The translations under genes and the position numbers were made by a program. Shown here piece by piece: positions 1-9,379 of a stretch of DNA of 64,000 nt. A model generated the notes under the pieces. It saw nothing but the letters and a program-made list of their open reading frames with translations, did no database searches and was not told the origin of the DNA. The stretch covers positions 169,798 to 233,797 of the forward strand of contig CAZHIA010000002.1 of assembly GCA_964532425.1 (NCBI GenBank), in the 5' to 3' direction. Each line of letters opens with the position of its first letter. Within the stretch, counting starts at the first letter, position 1. This DNA comes from an uncultured Candidatus Saccharibacteria bacterium (lineage in GTDB: Bacteria > Patescibacteriota > Doudnabacteria > UBA920).

Positions 1-547
1 TTCCGCAGTTGGATACCATAAAGTTGAGCGTCTGGGTGATGCCGTTTATGGTAGCTTGCTTGACCCACTGCCCCACATCGCTGCTGGACCAGGTATTGCC
101 GGATTGGCTCCAGTAGCCGTTGTTGTCCGTATTGAATGTGGTTTGATTCATCATCTGGCCGTTATGCCACGATGTCCAATTTATCGTGCCATTGCTGCCT
201 GATGGGGAACTACCCGGCATGCTTATTGTATAGGTAGGGGTTTGCCCGACGCAGGCCTGCTGATTCCAGGTGAGGGAAAAATTTTGTCCCTGCGGAGTAT
301 AATTTTGGCCAGAGTAATTTTGTTGCGTGTTTCCGGAGTAGTACTGCGGTGCGGTGTCATCATAATCTGTATATACGGGAGTGCTAGGGCTCGGAACTGA
401 AGTGGTGGGGATATATTGGTAGCACGACGAGGCATTACTTCCACCACAACCAGCTTGAGCGACGGTGGCTGCCGGCTTAGGGCCGTAGGTTGACCATATC
501 GCGAGTACGAGAGCGATAATCGCGGTTATAACGATATATTTTTGCAT
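1..547 (-). CDS. Secreted or membrane-anchored hypothetical protein, partial (runs off the left edge; absent from the ORF track)
   Basis: Manual translation from the ATG at 547 (SD AAGGAG) is open to position 1: MQKYIVITAIIALVLAIWSTYGPKPAATVAQAGCGG..., a signal-peptide-like N-terminus followed by an S/T/N/Q-rich body. Confidence 0.8.
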   Translation of the reverse strand, partial: MQKYIVITAIIALVLAIWSTYGPKPAATVAQAGCGGSNASSCYQYIPTTSVPSPSTPVYTDYDDTAPQYYSGNTQQNYSGQNYTPQGQNFSLTWNQQACVGQTPTYTISMPGSSPSGSNGTINWTSWHNGQMMNQTTFNTDNNGYWSQSGNTWSSSDVGQWVKQATINGITQTLNFMVSNCG

Positions 548-656
548 AATAAATCTCCTTACAGTTAACGTTGCCTGTAAGGAGACGAATGGGATAGGGG
601 GTAATTAAATTGATAAAAGATTTGGGATTTGAGAGACGGGCAGCTTACGTATGCCC

Positions 657-1745
657 CTACAAAGACAAATTCGAGTCCGCCTGCACCGCTGCCGGTTTGG
701 GCAACTTTTTCTTTCCCATCAATTGGAAGGCGGCAGCAATGCCGATCATTTCAGCATTGTCAGTGGTGAGGTTGGCTTCCGGTACAAAAAATTTCAGACC
801 AGCAGCATCGCTAGTTTGGCGGAGAGATTCACGCAACTGCCGATTGGCGGAGACTCCGCCGGAGAGGGAAATGGATTTGGCTTTGTATTCTTTGGCTGCC
901 CGCATGGCTTTGGCGAGCAGGACATCGACAACAGCTTGCTGGAAGCTGGCGCAAACACTAGTTTTTAGTTTATAGTTTATAGTTTGTAGGGGACGGTCGC
1001 GACCGTCCCGTACAGAGCTATCACGAAGATAATACAGGACCGCAGTCTTCAGACCGGCGAATGAAAAGTTGTACTCCTTGGAATTTATCATCGGACGGGG
1101 GAAGGGGATTGATGGTTGTCCTTTTTCGGCCAGCTTACTCACTTCGGGACCGCCGGGGTAGGGAAGTTTGAGTAGTTTGGCGACCTTGTCGAACGCTTCT
1201 CCGGCGGCATCGTCGACGGTTTGTCCCAGCACTTTATAATGGTATGGGTCTTTCATGAGCACCAAGGTGGTGTGCCCACCGCTGACGATCAAAGCGATTT
1301 GCGGGTAGACATCCTTAATCTGTAATCCTAAATCCTGAATCTTGCCTATGGGTGAATAGAGGTGGCCGCTTAAGTGGTTTACCGGAATAAGGGGTTTATG
1401 CATAGCCAGCGCAAGCATCTTGGCGAATTCTACGCCGACAATTAAAGACGGGATAAGCCCTGGGCCCTGGGTGACGGAGACATAATCAATCGCCTCAAGC
1501 GGACAATGGCTGGTAGAGAGTGCCTTTTCGACCACTGGTGCTATGGCAAGAATATGGGCCCGCGCGGCAACTTCCGGTACCACGCCGCCCATCTTGGCAT
1601 GGAGCCTGATTTGGGATTTGACGATCGACGATAGGGTTTGGAGGATCGGGAATTTTCCGGCTTTTTGCATTGAGATAACGCTCGCAGCTGTTTCGTCGCA
1701 GCTGGTTTCTATGGCAAGTATGAGAATTTTTTCGGTATTGACCAT
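657..1745 (-). CDS. tsaD: tRNA N6-adenosine threonylcarbamoyltransferase TsaD
   Basis: IETSCDET, GGVVPEVAARAH, HLSGH, VSGGHT, DDAAGEAFDKVA, TDNAEMI motifs. Confidence 0.97.
   Translation of the reverse strand: MVNTEKILILAIETSCDETAASVISMQKAGKFPILQTLSSIVKSQIRLHAKMGGVVPEVAARAHILAIAPVVEKALSTSHCPLEAIDYVSVTQGPGLIPSLIVGVEFAKMLALAMHKPLIPVNHLSGHLYSPIGKIQDLGLQIKDVYPQIALIVSGGHTTLVLMKDPYHYKVLGQTVDDAAGEAFDKVAKLLKLPYPGGPEVSKLAEKGQPSIPFPRPMINSKEYNFSFAGLKTAVLYYLRDSSVRDGRDRPLQTINYKLKTSVCASFQQAVVDVLLAKAMRAAKEYKAKSISLSGGVSANRQLRESLRQTSDAAGLKFFVPEANLTTDNAEMIGIAAAFQLMGKKKLPKPAAVQADSNLSL
986..1013. repeat. GTAG-type REP-like palindrome inside tsaD
   Basis: GTAG followed by the perfect 20-bp palindrome GGGACGGTCGCGACCGTCCC (990-1009). 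Confidence 0.7.
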
Positions 1746-2086
1746 GGTAAGAAATTAATTTATCCTATTGATACATTGCCTGGCGGAAGCTCTGCTGGTA
1801 ACACAGTACGGAAGACCATCCTTCGGGGCGACCCAGGAAAACTTTCCTCCAACCACCGCATGCAGATGCGCTCCGCCTTTTGATGCAAACCCATATCCCA
1901 GGAGGAATTATAGAATTGTAACCGTACGGGGTGCTGGCCTGGCACCCCCTTTTTTATTAGTAGTCTCTAATATACGAATCAAGCACAAATATACTAATGC
2001 CGCACACCGTCCTTAATATTTTAGAACGGCCAATGGCCATTCGTATATTTTGCGCTATATTCGTTATATTCGAGATTACTATATTA

Positions 2087-2599
2087 CTATATAAGAGCCT
2101 TGCTATTATGCGTTTGCCGTATTGCTACCAGAAGTGACCAGGCGGTGCCGGTGATGATCAGAAGAATGCCGAGTGTCAGGATGGTATTTGCAATCCCGTG
2201 CGTGTGCCGCAGTTGGCCGGTCATGACAAGGAGCCAGTTCCAGTCGTGGATGGTTGAGTCGCCGCCGAGCAGTGGCAATTCCATAGCCAGAGCATCTGCG
2301 GCATATCGTGCTACATTGGCCAAGCTTTGTCCGGCCCACATGAGGACAATGCCGGCAGACCAGCCATCGTTCCTTTTCCAGAAGTAGGCGGCGAATAAAA
2401 GGGGAATAATCACTTGCAGCAGACTGCCGCCGGCAACCGCTAGGAACTGGCCGAACGGAAGGAATATCCAGTGACCGGCTTCGTGGATTATGAGATTAAC
2501 GCTATCGATAAAGTGCCAGTCGCCCCAGGTTCTCGCGCAGTAGAAGAAGTAGGTAGCTGCCAACAAAGTTCCAAATATCTTAAGGTGGCTTTTAGCCAT
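2087..2599 (-). CDS. Membrane protein, M50B-like zinc metallopeptidase
   Basis: HEAGH in a hydrophobic segment, later HDW motif, several TM helices. Confidence 0.6.
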   Translation of the reverse strand: MAKSHLKIFGTLLAATYFFYCARTWGDWHFIDSVNLIIHEAGHWIFLPFGQFLAVAGGSLLQVIIPLLFAAYFWKRNDGWSAGIVLMWAGQSLANVARYAADALAMELPLLGGDSTIHDWNWLLVMTGQLRHTHGIANTILTLGILLIITGTAWSLLVAIRQTHNSKALI

Positions 2600-2761
2600 G
2601 GGAATGATATAATTGAGAGGAACAAGCCATGTAACTTGTAGTGCAGGCCCTTGGCCTGCTTTTGGCAGGGCACGGCCCTGCGCTACATCTGATTGCCAAT
2701 GGTTACATGTAAAAAAGTTGCTTGCCTAGGCATTATACCAACAATTAACGAACCATGGTAT

Positions 2762-3202
2762 ATGGAAATTAATACGAAGATCAATAAAGTCAGCGATAAG
2801 CTGCAAGGATTCAAGCAGTTCATAATGAGAGGGAATGTCGTCGACTTGGCGGTCGGCGTCGTGATTGGCGCAGCCTTTAGCTCGGTAGTAAATTCTTTGG
2901 TCAAAGGGATGCTGACGCCGCTCATTGGTGCAATTGCCCGGGTACCGGATTTTTCGGGCCTGTATTTTACGCTCAATGGCAGCAAGTTCCTATATGGCGA
3001 TTTCATTAATGCGATCATCTCATTCGTGATCGTGGCTGCGACAGTGTACTTTTTTGTCGTGGTGCCCTTGAATGCTATGGTGAAAAAATTCCAGAAAGAA
3101 CCGCTGCCTGATCCGAATATTACTAAGTGCCCGGAGTGTTTGAGCGATATTCTGAAAGAGGCCAAGCGCTGCAAATATTGCACTGCCCAGCTGAAAGCAT
3201 AA
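2762..3202 (+). CDS. mscL: Large-conductance mechanosensitive channel with C-terminal zinc ribbon
   Basis: FKQFIMRGNVVDLAVGVVIGAAF; C-terminal CPEC..CKYC; start re-called at MEINT. Confidence 0.95.
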   Translation: MEINTKINKVSDKLQGFKQFIMRGNVVDLAVGVVIGAAFSSVVNSLVKGMLTPLIGAIARVPDFSGLYFTLNGSKFLYGDFINAIISFVIVAATVYFFVVVPLNAMVKKFQKEPLPDPNITKCPECLSDILKEAKRCKYCTAQLKA

Positions 3203-3206
3203 TAAG

Positions 3207-3232
3207 AACCCGCAGCACCTGCTGCGGGTTTT
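3207..3232 (+). terminator. Intrinsic terminator after mscL
   Basis: AACCCGCAGC-acct-GCTGCGGGTT followed by T residues. Confidence 0.75.
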
Positions 3233-3253
3233 ATCTGGTATAATACAGGTATC

Positions 3254-3724
3254 ATGAAATTTCGGCATTTTCTCCATCGGGCTAAACGCATCAAGCGGCT
3301 GACTCAGCTGATCGTGCTGATGAGCTTTTTAATAACCTTCGGACTGGTTCGTGCCATTACCCATCTTCAAAAAGCGGGTTACCTGCCGAACCAGACGGGA
3401 GACGTGCATGTCCACCATCTGGTCCCTGGAATTTTTCTGTTGCTTATTACCGGATACATTGGGTTGTCATTCTGGCATCATGCAAAGCTCCGCCAAATGA
3501 TGGCCGTGCTCTACGGCGTTGGCGCCGCTCTCGTTATGGATGAGTTCGCACTGTGGCTGTATTTGCATGATGTCTACTGGAGCGAGCAGGGAAGGGATAG
3601 TATTGATGCGGTAATTATTACGACCGCTCTGATGATCCTGGTCTTTGTGGTTAGCGAGATCTATGATATCCGTAGTAGCCGCATAAAGCACCTGCACGAA
3701 CAGGAGAATCAGGAAAAAGAATAA
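3254..3724 (+). CDS. Conserved integral membrane protein
   Basis: HVHHLVPG and GAALVMDEFALWL motifs, 4 TM segments. Confidence 0.75.
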   Translation: MKFRHFLHRAKRIKRLTQLIVLMSFLITFGLVRAITHLQKAGYLPNQTGDVHVHHLVPGIFLLLITGYIGLSFWHHAKLRQMMAVLYGVGAALVMDEFALWLYLHDVYWSEQGRDSIDAVIITTALMILVFVVSEIYDIRSSRIKHLHEQENQEKE

Positions 3725-3769
3725 CCGCCCAGCCCTTTCCAAAGAAAGAGCTGGACGGTTTTTTGTTGT

Positions 3770-4012
3770 TTACTCGGCGGTCCAGCCGCAGCCGGGGCTG
3801 GTGCAACGGGCGTGGACGAGAGGGCCACCTTCAGACATTTTAAGCGTGTCCTCAGTAGTCTCTTTTTCGGTCGGTTTTAGAGTTTTTTGTCCACACTTCG
3901 GACAATCGAATCGTTTGTAGATTCCGGCTGTTGCTGCGCTGTGCTGGCTCTGCTGCCAACGCATGAGGTTGAGCCTGCTGCGGACTGCGCCATAGCCTCT
4001 ATTTCTTCTCAT
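3770..4012 (-). CDS. Small zinc-ribbon protein
   Basis: CPKC...CTSPGC; GGAGG SD before MRRNRG; TTGACA-17-TAAAGT promoter upstream. Confidence 0.65.
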   Translation of the reverse strand: MRRNRGYGAVRSRLNLMRWQQSQHSAATAGIYKRFDCPKCGQKTLKPTEKETTEDTLKMSEGGPLVHARCTSPGCGWTAE

Positions 4013-4140
4013 GTGATCCTCCTGGTGAAAGATTACTTTACCAGATTTATTGTTGTTTGTCAAGACTAAAAATAAAACAGCACAAAGTATGCTTTGTGCT
4101 GGCAGTGATTATTCAATTGGTTGATCGATTGATGGAGCAG

Positions 4141-4380
4141 TTACTTTAGCAAGGAATCCAGGGCATCCTTTGCGAAACCAATGACGATGTAATCATCTAT
4201 TTGGATGACCGGTGTTGAGGTTTGTCCGCTGATTGTTACCATGTGCTCTGCCGCTTGCCCATCCTTGGAGACATCGATGTCCGTGTACTGCAATTTGCGT
4301 TTTCTAAAATATGCTTTGGCCAACTGGCAAAAGGCGCAGGAGGGCATGGAGTAAATAGTGATCTCGGGGATGTTGTTCAT
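4141..4380 (-). CDS. Glutaredoxin/NrdH-like redoxin
   Basis: IYSMPSCAFC, DIDV, SGQTSTPVIQI..GF; the ORF-track N-terminal extension is repeat-derived. Confidence 0.88.
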   Translation of the reverse strand: MNNIPEITIYSMPSCAFCQLAKAYFRKRKLQYTDIDVSKDGQAAEHMVTISGQTSTPVIQIDDYIVIGFAKDALDSLLK

Positions 4381-4404
4381 ATTGATATCATACAGCTGCG
4401 ATCT

Positions 4405-4620
4405 TGGCGGGCCCCTCCTGCCTGCCGGTAGGCAGGGTCGGCAGGCCCTACGCTGCAAGACACTGTTCCCTGTAGGGGCGTGCGATAGCAGCCCGCAGAG
4501 ACTCCTGTAAATACATCAGACTGGCGGATAAATCCGGCCCCTACGACTGCAGACCGCCCCTGTAGGGGCAAGCGGTCCTGTCCGCCGAAGCCTTGGCGAA
4601 GGCGGAAGCTTCCCGCCTCT
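4405..4620. repeat. Cluster of REP-like and short palindromic repeats
   Basis: Several GTAGGGGC/GCCCCTAC arms, CCTGCCTGCCGGTAGGCAGG (4417-4436), TCCGCCGAAGCCTTGGCGAAGGCGGA (4581-4606). Confidence 0.75.
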
Positions 4621-4676
4621 TCATATAACTATCATACCATACGGGAGAGTTCAAGATGGTTTTTATTTACCACAAA

Positions 4677-5327
4677 CTATTCGTCAATGGGTCGAATAAT
4701 CTCCGGCGAGTCATTCTTCGATGAGTTCACTGCGGTTGAAACAGGAATGGCATGCATGACTGCGTCCGGGTAAGGTGCAAGCATGGACAGTAGTTCATCC
4801 GGTGTCCCATCGTGGTTGAGCCACGCCTGTTCGAGTTCACGTGGCAATATGGCGGGCATGCGGTTGTGGACTCGCGCGACGAGCGGATTTGGGTTTAGCG
4901 TGATAATGGCGAACTGCGTGGCGTGATCAGGGCCGGTGTCATACAGTCCGGCGAACGCAAAGAGTTCACCACCGCCCACCGTAAAACGGTATGGCTGTTT
5001 TGTCTTGCCGATGTGGGACCATTCGTAAAATCCGTCCGCAGGCACCAAGCAGCGCTTGCCCGCAAAGAGGGAAGTAAAGAAACGTTTGGTATCGAGACTC
5101 TCTTTGCGCACGTTGAAAATTATTCCGCCTTTCATGAAAGCGGGGGTAAGGCCCCACGATGCAGTAACAAGGCCGTTCTGCAATTCCGTGTCGCGCTTGA
5201 GGATGATCGGCAGTTGTTGAGTAGGACGGGCGTTGTAACGGGGAGGAAGCTCCACTTTGTTGTACCCGGCATTGAACCTTCGGCCGATTTCTTTGAATGG
5301 ATGGATGACTGAAAATGCTCCGCACAT
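4677..5327 (-). CDS. SOS response-associated peptidase (SRAP/YedK/HMCES family, abasic-site protection)
   Basis: N-terminal MCG, RYNARP, RCLVPADGFYEW, HNRMPAIL. Confidence 0.93.
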   Translation of the reverse strand: MCGAFSVIHPFKEIGRRFNAGYNKVELPPRYNARPTQQLPIILKRDTELQNGLVTASWGLTPAFMKGGIIFNVRKESLDTKRFFTSLFAGKRCLVPADGFYEWSHIGKTKQPYRFTVGGGELFAFAGLYDTGPDHATQFAIITLNPNPLVARVHNRMPAILPRELEQAWLNHDGTPDELLSMLAPYPDAVMHAIPVSTAVNSSKNDSPEIIRPIDE

Positions 5328-5531
5328 AGATGTATTATAAGCTATAGGCTCTCTCATGCAAGACGGCTTGGCCTGCCAGAACAGACACTTTGGCCGACAC
5401 GGACAGTGGCGGTTTGCGTCTTAAATGACAGGAGAATTTCTTAAGGAGGAAATGCGAAGTTTGCATGGCCGGTTGAGTGAATTCTCCACGGCAGGATGCC
5501 TGCCAGAGGCGGTACCACTAAGGAGAAAATA

Positions 5532-5987
5532 ATGCCACAAAAATCGGTTGCCAAACCGAAGCGTTCCGCTCCGGCATTGACCAAGCGGGAGATTGTCGAA
5601 CAGAACCAGCATTTAAGTAATCAGGATCTGCTCAAATTATTGCACCGGAGCGGGTACACGGAAGCGACTATTTACACCATAAACGGCATTCAATCCCAAT
5701 TGCATCGGCACAGAAAGACCGGTGCCGGATTAAAGACAGTGACGGTCGGGCCCCCGGCTGCCACAGTTAAAAGCGCTGCCGTGCCTGCAGAACCACACAC
5801 ATCGGAATCCGGCGGGTCGCAAGCCGGTCACGGTTCCGAAAAAGACGTGGTCGCCCAAGCACGGGACTGGTATAACCAGCGCGATGCATATTTGCAGGAT
5901 ATCCGCGAAGAGCGGGAGCGTTTGCAGAAGCGTCTTTCCGAACTCGATGAGGCCGAGCGTCTCATTAACGGCATGCAACAATCGTAA
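5532..5987 (+). CDS. Hypothetical protein with basic N-terminus and C-terminal coiled coil
   Basis: AAGGAG SD; heptad-like IREERERLQKRLSELDEAERL. Confidence 0.65.
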   Translation: MPQKSVAKPKRSAPALTKREIVEQNQHLSNQDLLKLLHRSGYTEATIYTINGIQSQLHRHRKTGAGLKTVTVGPPAATVKSAAVPAEPHTSESGGSQAGHGSEKDVVAQARDWYNQRDAYLQDIREERERLQKRLSELDEAERLINGMQQS

Positions 5988-6137
5988 CAAGCCAGCCTCT
6001 TTCAGCCTCGTCTCCGCCTTCGGGCGGATCGGCGGGGTTGTTTTTAAATAGACTTTTTGTACGACCAACTGTTGACAGTATGACCTATTTATGGTATTTT
6101 TATTTGTTTTGTACCTACACAGAAATCAGGGGGAAAA

Positions 6138-6527
6138 ATGAACGAAATTGTGAGTGAACATGTTTCGGCGTCCTTAGCTGCCATACAGGGTTTTCCTGTT
6201 GTTAGCTGTGGTATGGACATTGTTCATATTCCGACTTTCAGAGACCGCATGGTGCCAGCTGTCTTGGAGCGGACGCTGACCGATTACGAGCTTCGGGAAT
6301 TTCCCCGGCTCGAAAGCAAGGCGGGTCTGTTTGCCGCCAAGGAAGCGTTCATGAAAGCAGTTCACCGAAAGATCGACTGGCACGAAGTCTGGGTAGAGCG
6401 CAAGCTGAACGGACAGCCAGTCCTGCACAGCTTGTGCATGCCGGACGGATGTATTGCGCTGGTAACCATTTCACATGACGGCGATTATGCCGCCGCTGTA
6501 GTCTTGATCGGGAGGAAACCAGAATGA
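6138..6527 (+). CDS. acpS: Holo-ACP synthase (4'-phosphopantetheinyl transferase)
   Basis: GMDIV, AGLFAAKEAFMKA, GQP, TISHDGDYAAA; TTGACA-17-TATTTT promoter. Confidence 0.88.
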   Translation: MNEIVSEHVSASLAAIQGFPVVSCGMDIVHIPTFRDRMVPAVLERTLTDYELREFPRLESKAGLFAAKEAFMKAVHRKIDWHEVWVERKLNGQPVLHSLCMPDGCIALVTISHDGDYAAAVVLIGRKPE

Positions 6528-9004
6528 GTCAGCCACAAACTCTCTTTGACCTGCTGTTGACGTTTGAGCAGCGTGGTGGCCAAACAGCTATCATAGAACG
6601 AACTGGCGTGCGCCGGTTCAAGCGCAGCTATCGCGACTTGTTCGAGCGCACCGGCCAGATGGCCCATTTCCTCGCAGAACAGGGTGTAAACAAAGGCGAC
6701 CGCGTGGTAGTCTGGGCGCCGAACAGCTTCTGGTGGGCCGTAACGTACTGGGCCTGCGCATCGCGCGGTGCTGTGATTGTGCCCGTAGATTTTGGTTCGG
6801 GCCTTGAACGTGCCGCCAAGATCGCTGAACTGACCGAGGCAAAAGTTATTGTCCAGAGCCAGTTCAAAGCGGATCGGTTCGATGATTCGCGTGCAGTGCT
6901 CGCTGAAGAACTGAAGTATCTGCTGGATGGCCGTCCGGTCCTGTGTGACGATCCGGGGACTGCCCCTGAAGATCTGGCTGAGATCATGTACACTTCAGGG
7001 ACCACATCGGACCCGAAGGGTGTCATGCTGTCGCATCAGAATTTGACCGCCAACCTGATTCAGGTTACCGGCCATATCACCATCGGCAGCAACTACCGGT
7101 TCTTGTCCTTACTGCCGCTGTCCCATATGTTCGAACAGTTGGCGGGGTTTCTGGTGCCGCTCTATCTTGGTTGCCAGATTGTGTACCTTGGCACATTAAA
7201 GCCGACGGCGATCATGGAGGCATTTGCAGAAGAGGATATCTATGTAACCGTCATCGTGCCTCGGCTGCTTCAGGTGCTCAAGGAGAAAATCGAGAATACC
7301 CTCGCTGAAAAGCACTTGCTGGGAGGATTTGCCGCGCTCAAGTCTTGGGCAGCGGAAAAATCGCTTGGCATACGCCGTACGCTGTTCTATCCGATCCGTA
7401 AAAAATTTGGAAGCAATTTCCAATTTTTCGTCTCGGGTGGTTCAGCCTTGGACGGCGCTGTTTTTTCGTTCTGGCAGGGGATTGGTATCCCGGTCATCGA
7501 AGGTTACGGACTAACCGAGACATCACCAGTCGCCACGGCCAACACGCGCGAGCGGCAGGTGCTGCGGTCAGTTGGCGTGCCGCCCAAAGGCGTCACAGTC
7601 CGGCTGGCTGAAGACAGGGAGATTCTCATCAGTGGCGCCAACGTCTTCATGGGGTATTACAAGAATCCCCACGCAACGCTGGATGCATTCACTGACCAGC
7701 GGGAATTTAGAAGCGGTGATTTGGGCCGGTTCGACGAGGAGGGGAATCTCTACATCGACGGCCGCAAGAAAGAGATGATCGTCCTGCCGTCAGGAATGAA
7801 CGTGTTTCCTGATGATATTGAGGGGGTGCTGAATGCCTTACCGGGCGTTCAACAGTCTTGTATCGTCGGCAAGAAAACGACCGACGGCGAGGAAGTCCAT
7901 GCGGTGTTGATCCTTAATGGTAGCCGCGACCCCAAGGATATCATTCGGGAAGCCAATAGCAAGCTTGAAAGTACGCAGCAGATCACTGGTTTTACCATCT
8001 GGCCTGAAGCAAAGTTTCCGACCACCTCGACCCTCAAGATCCAGCGGACTAAGGTCCGTGACCAGATCGCCAAGGGCACCGGGGACGGACAGGTCAGCAT
8101 GGTGGGGGATGAGCTGCAACAACTGCTCGCCGAGGTTACCAAAAGGAACCCGGGTGAGATTACCGATGCGGCGAGTTTGGTAAACGATCTTGGCCTAACG
8201 TCCATCGGCCGGCTGCAGCTGGTAACCTACCTCGAACAGAAGTTCCGCCTCGACGTGGAAGAAGATGCAATCACTCCGCAGACGGTTGTCGGCGACCTTC
8301 GCCGCATGATCGAAAAGCGCGAACAGGTTCAGAGCGCTAACACTTTGCGGTTTTGGACCAACTCCGCGCCAACACGCGCCTTGCGGCGGGTAACCGATCT
8401 GCTGCTGTGGCTGTGTTTCTACCGGTGGTTCTTGCAGCTGAAGGTGGAAGGCATGGAAAATCTGGACAGGGTGGACTACCCGGTCATTTTTATCTCCAAC
8501 CATGTGAGCTACTTAGATCAGCCGGCCATCTACTTCGCCTTGCCGCGGCACATTCGTGCTCGGTTGGCGACGGCGGCTTGGGCTGAGTTTTTCACGAACG
8601 GGAATTCCATTCTGGTGCATCTGTGGAAGCGGGTGGCGTACGAGCTGGTTACCATCCTGCTCAATGTCTTCCCGTTGCCGCAGACCAAGGGTTTCCGCAA
8701 GTCCCTGCAGTTCATGGGCCGCTTGATCGATAACAAGATCAACTTCCTGATTTTTCCGGAAGGCGAGCGGTCTGCTGACGCGGAGCTTCTGCCGTTCATG
8801 CCCGGTCTCGGGCTCATGGTCAGCCAGTTGCAAGTGCCGGTAGTTCCGATCAAGATTACCGGCATTGAGAATGTCCTGCAAAAGGGCAGCAGCCGGCTGC
8901 GGCGGGGAACAGTCACGGTCCGGTTCGGCAAGCCCTTGCAGTTCGGGTTTGTCCCGCCGTCCGAGATTGTCGAAACGGCCCGCGAAACCGTTGCGACGCT
9001 CTAA
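6524..9004 (+). CDS. Acyl-adenylation (AMP-binding) + ACP + PlsC-type acyltransferase fusion (Aas-like)
   Basis: YTSGTTSDPKG, EGYGLTE, SGDLG; carrier motif DLGLTSIG; NHVSYLD and FPEGER; ATGA overlap with acpS. Confidence 0.9.
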   Translation: MSQPQTLFDLLLTFEQRGGQTAIIERTGVRRFKRSYRDLFERTGQMAHFLAEQGVNKGDRVVVWAPNSFWWAVTYWACASRGAVIVPVDFGSGLERAAKIAELTEAKVIVQSQFKADRFDDSRAVLAEELKYLLDGRPVLCDDPGTAPEDLAEIMYTSGTTSDPKGVMLSHQNLTANLIQVTGHITIGSNYRFLSLLPLSHMFEQLAGFLVPLYLGCQIVYLGTLKPTAIMEAFAEEDIYVTVIVPRLLQVLKEKIENTLAEKHLLGGFAALKSWAAEKSLGIRRTLFYPIRKKFGSNFQFFVSGGSALDGAVFSFWQGIGIPVIEGYGLTETSPVATANTRERQVLRSVGVPPKGVTVRLAEDREILISGANVFMGYYKNPHATLDAFTDQREFRSGDLGRFDEEGNLYIDGRKKEMIVLPSGMNVFPDDIEGVLNALPGVQQSCIVGKKTTDGEEVHAVLILNGSRDPKDIIREANSKLESTQQITGFTIWPEAKFPTTSTLKIQRTKVRDQIAKGTGDGQVSMVGDELQQLLAEVTKRNPGEITDAASLVNDLGLTSIGRLQLVTYLEQKFRLDVEEDAITPQTVVGDLRRMIEKREQVQSANTLRFWTNSAPTRALRRVTDLLLWLCFYRWFLQLKVEGMENLDRVDYPVIFISNHVSYLDQPAIYFALPRHIRARLATAAWAEFFTNGNSILVHLWKRVAYELVTILLNVFPLPQTKGFRKSLQFMGRLIDNKINFLIFPEGERSADAELLPFMPGLGLMVSQLQVPVVPIKITGIENVLQKGSSRLRRGTVTVRFGKPLQFGFVPPSEIVETARETVATL

Positions 9005-9210
9005 CTCACTCACACCTATACGATCCGCTGCCTGGCGTTTAAGCTGGGCAGCGGTTTTTTTATACCATGGTGCTTTACCCTTGTTGATTGTAGATACTCC
9101 AGCTATACGGTGCCATACACGTCATTGTATGTCTGTTTTTCAGTTTTATATATTATAGTGAATAAGGGATTTGAATGACCTGAAACTTGGCTGGTGGCGC
9201 GGAAAACTTA

Positions 9211-9239
9211 TTGACGTTTAAGGGAAAAATTGGTATACT
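9211..9239 (+). promoter_or_regulatory. Sigma70-type promoter of the RND operon
   Basis: TTGACG-17-TATACT with TG extension. Confidence 0.7.
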
Positions 9240-9379
9240 TACAACTATATTATTCGTGTTTTGCAAAGCGGCTGAAAGCCATCGTTTAGGCATCAGAGAT
9301 TGCCGGCGCGTGGCGGCCTGAGCGCGTGCAATGTGGCTTTCACAACAACAATTTTATCAACTAACTTAATTATTTCCCT

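Noticed and set aside
4381-4458. ORF-track N-terminal extensions (glutaredoxin, DUF378, cupin, sigma factor, ligase 2, recombinase)
   Set aside because: They run through repeats or promoters. Downstream starts fit the family N-termini or SD sites better.
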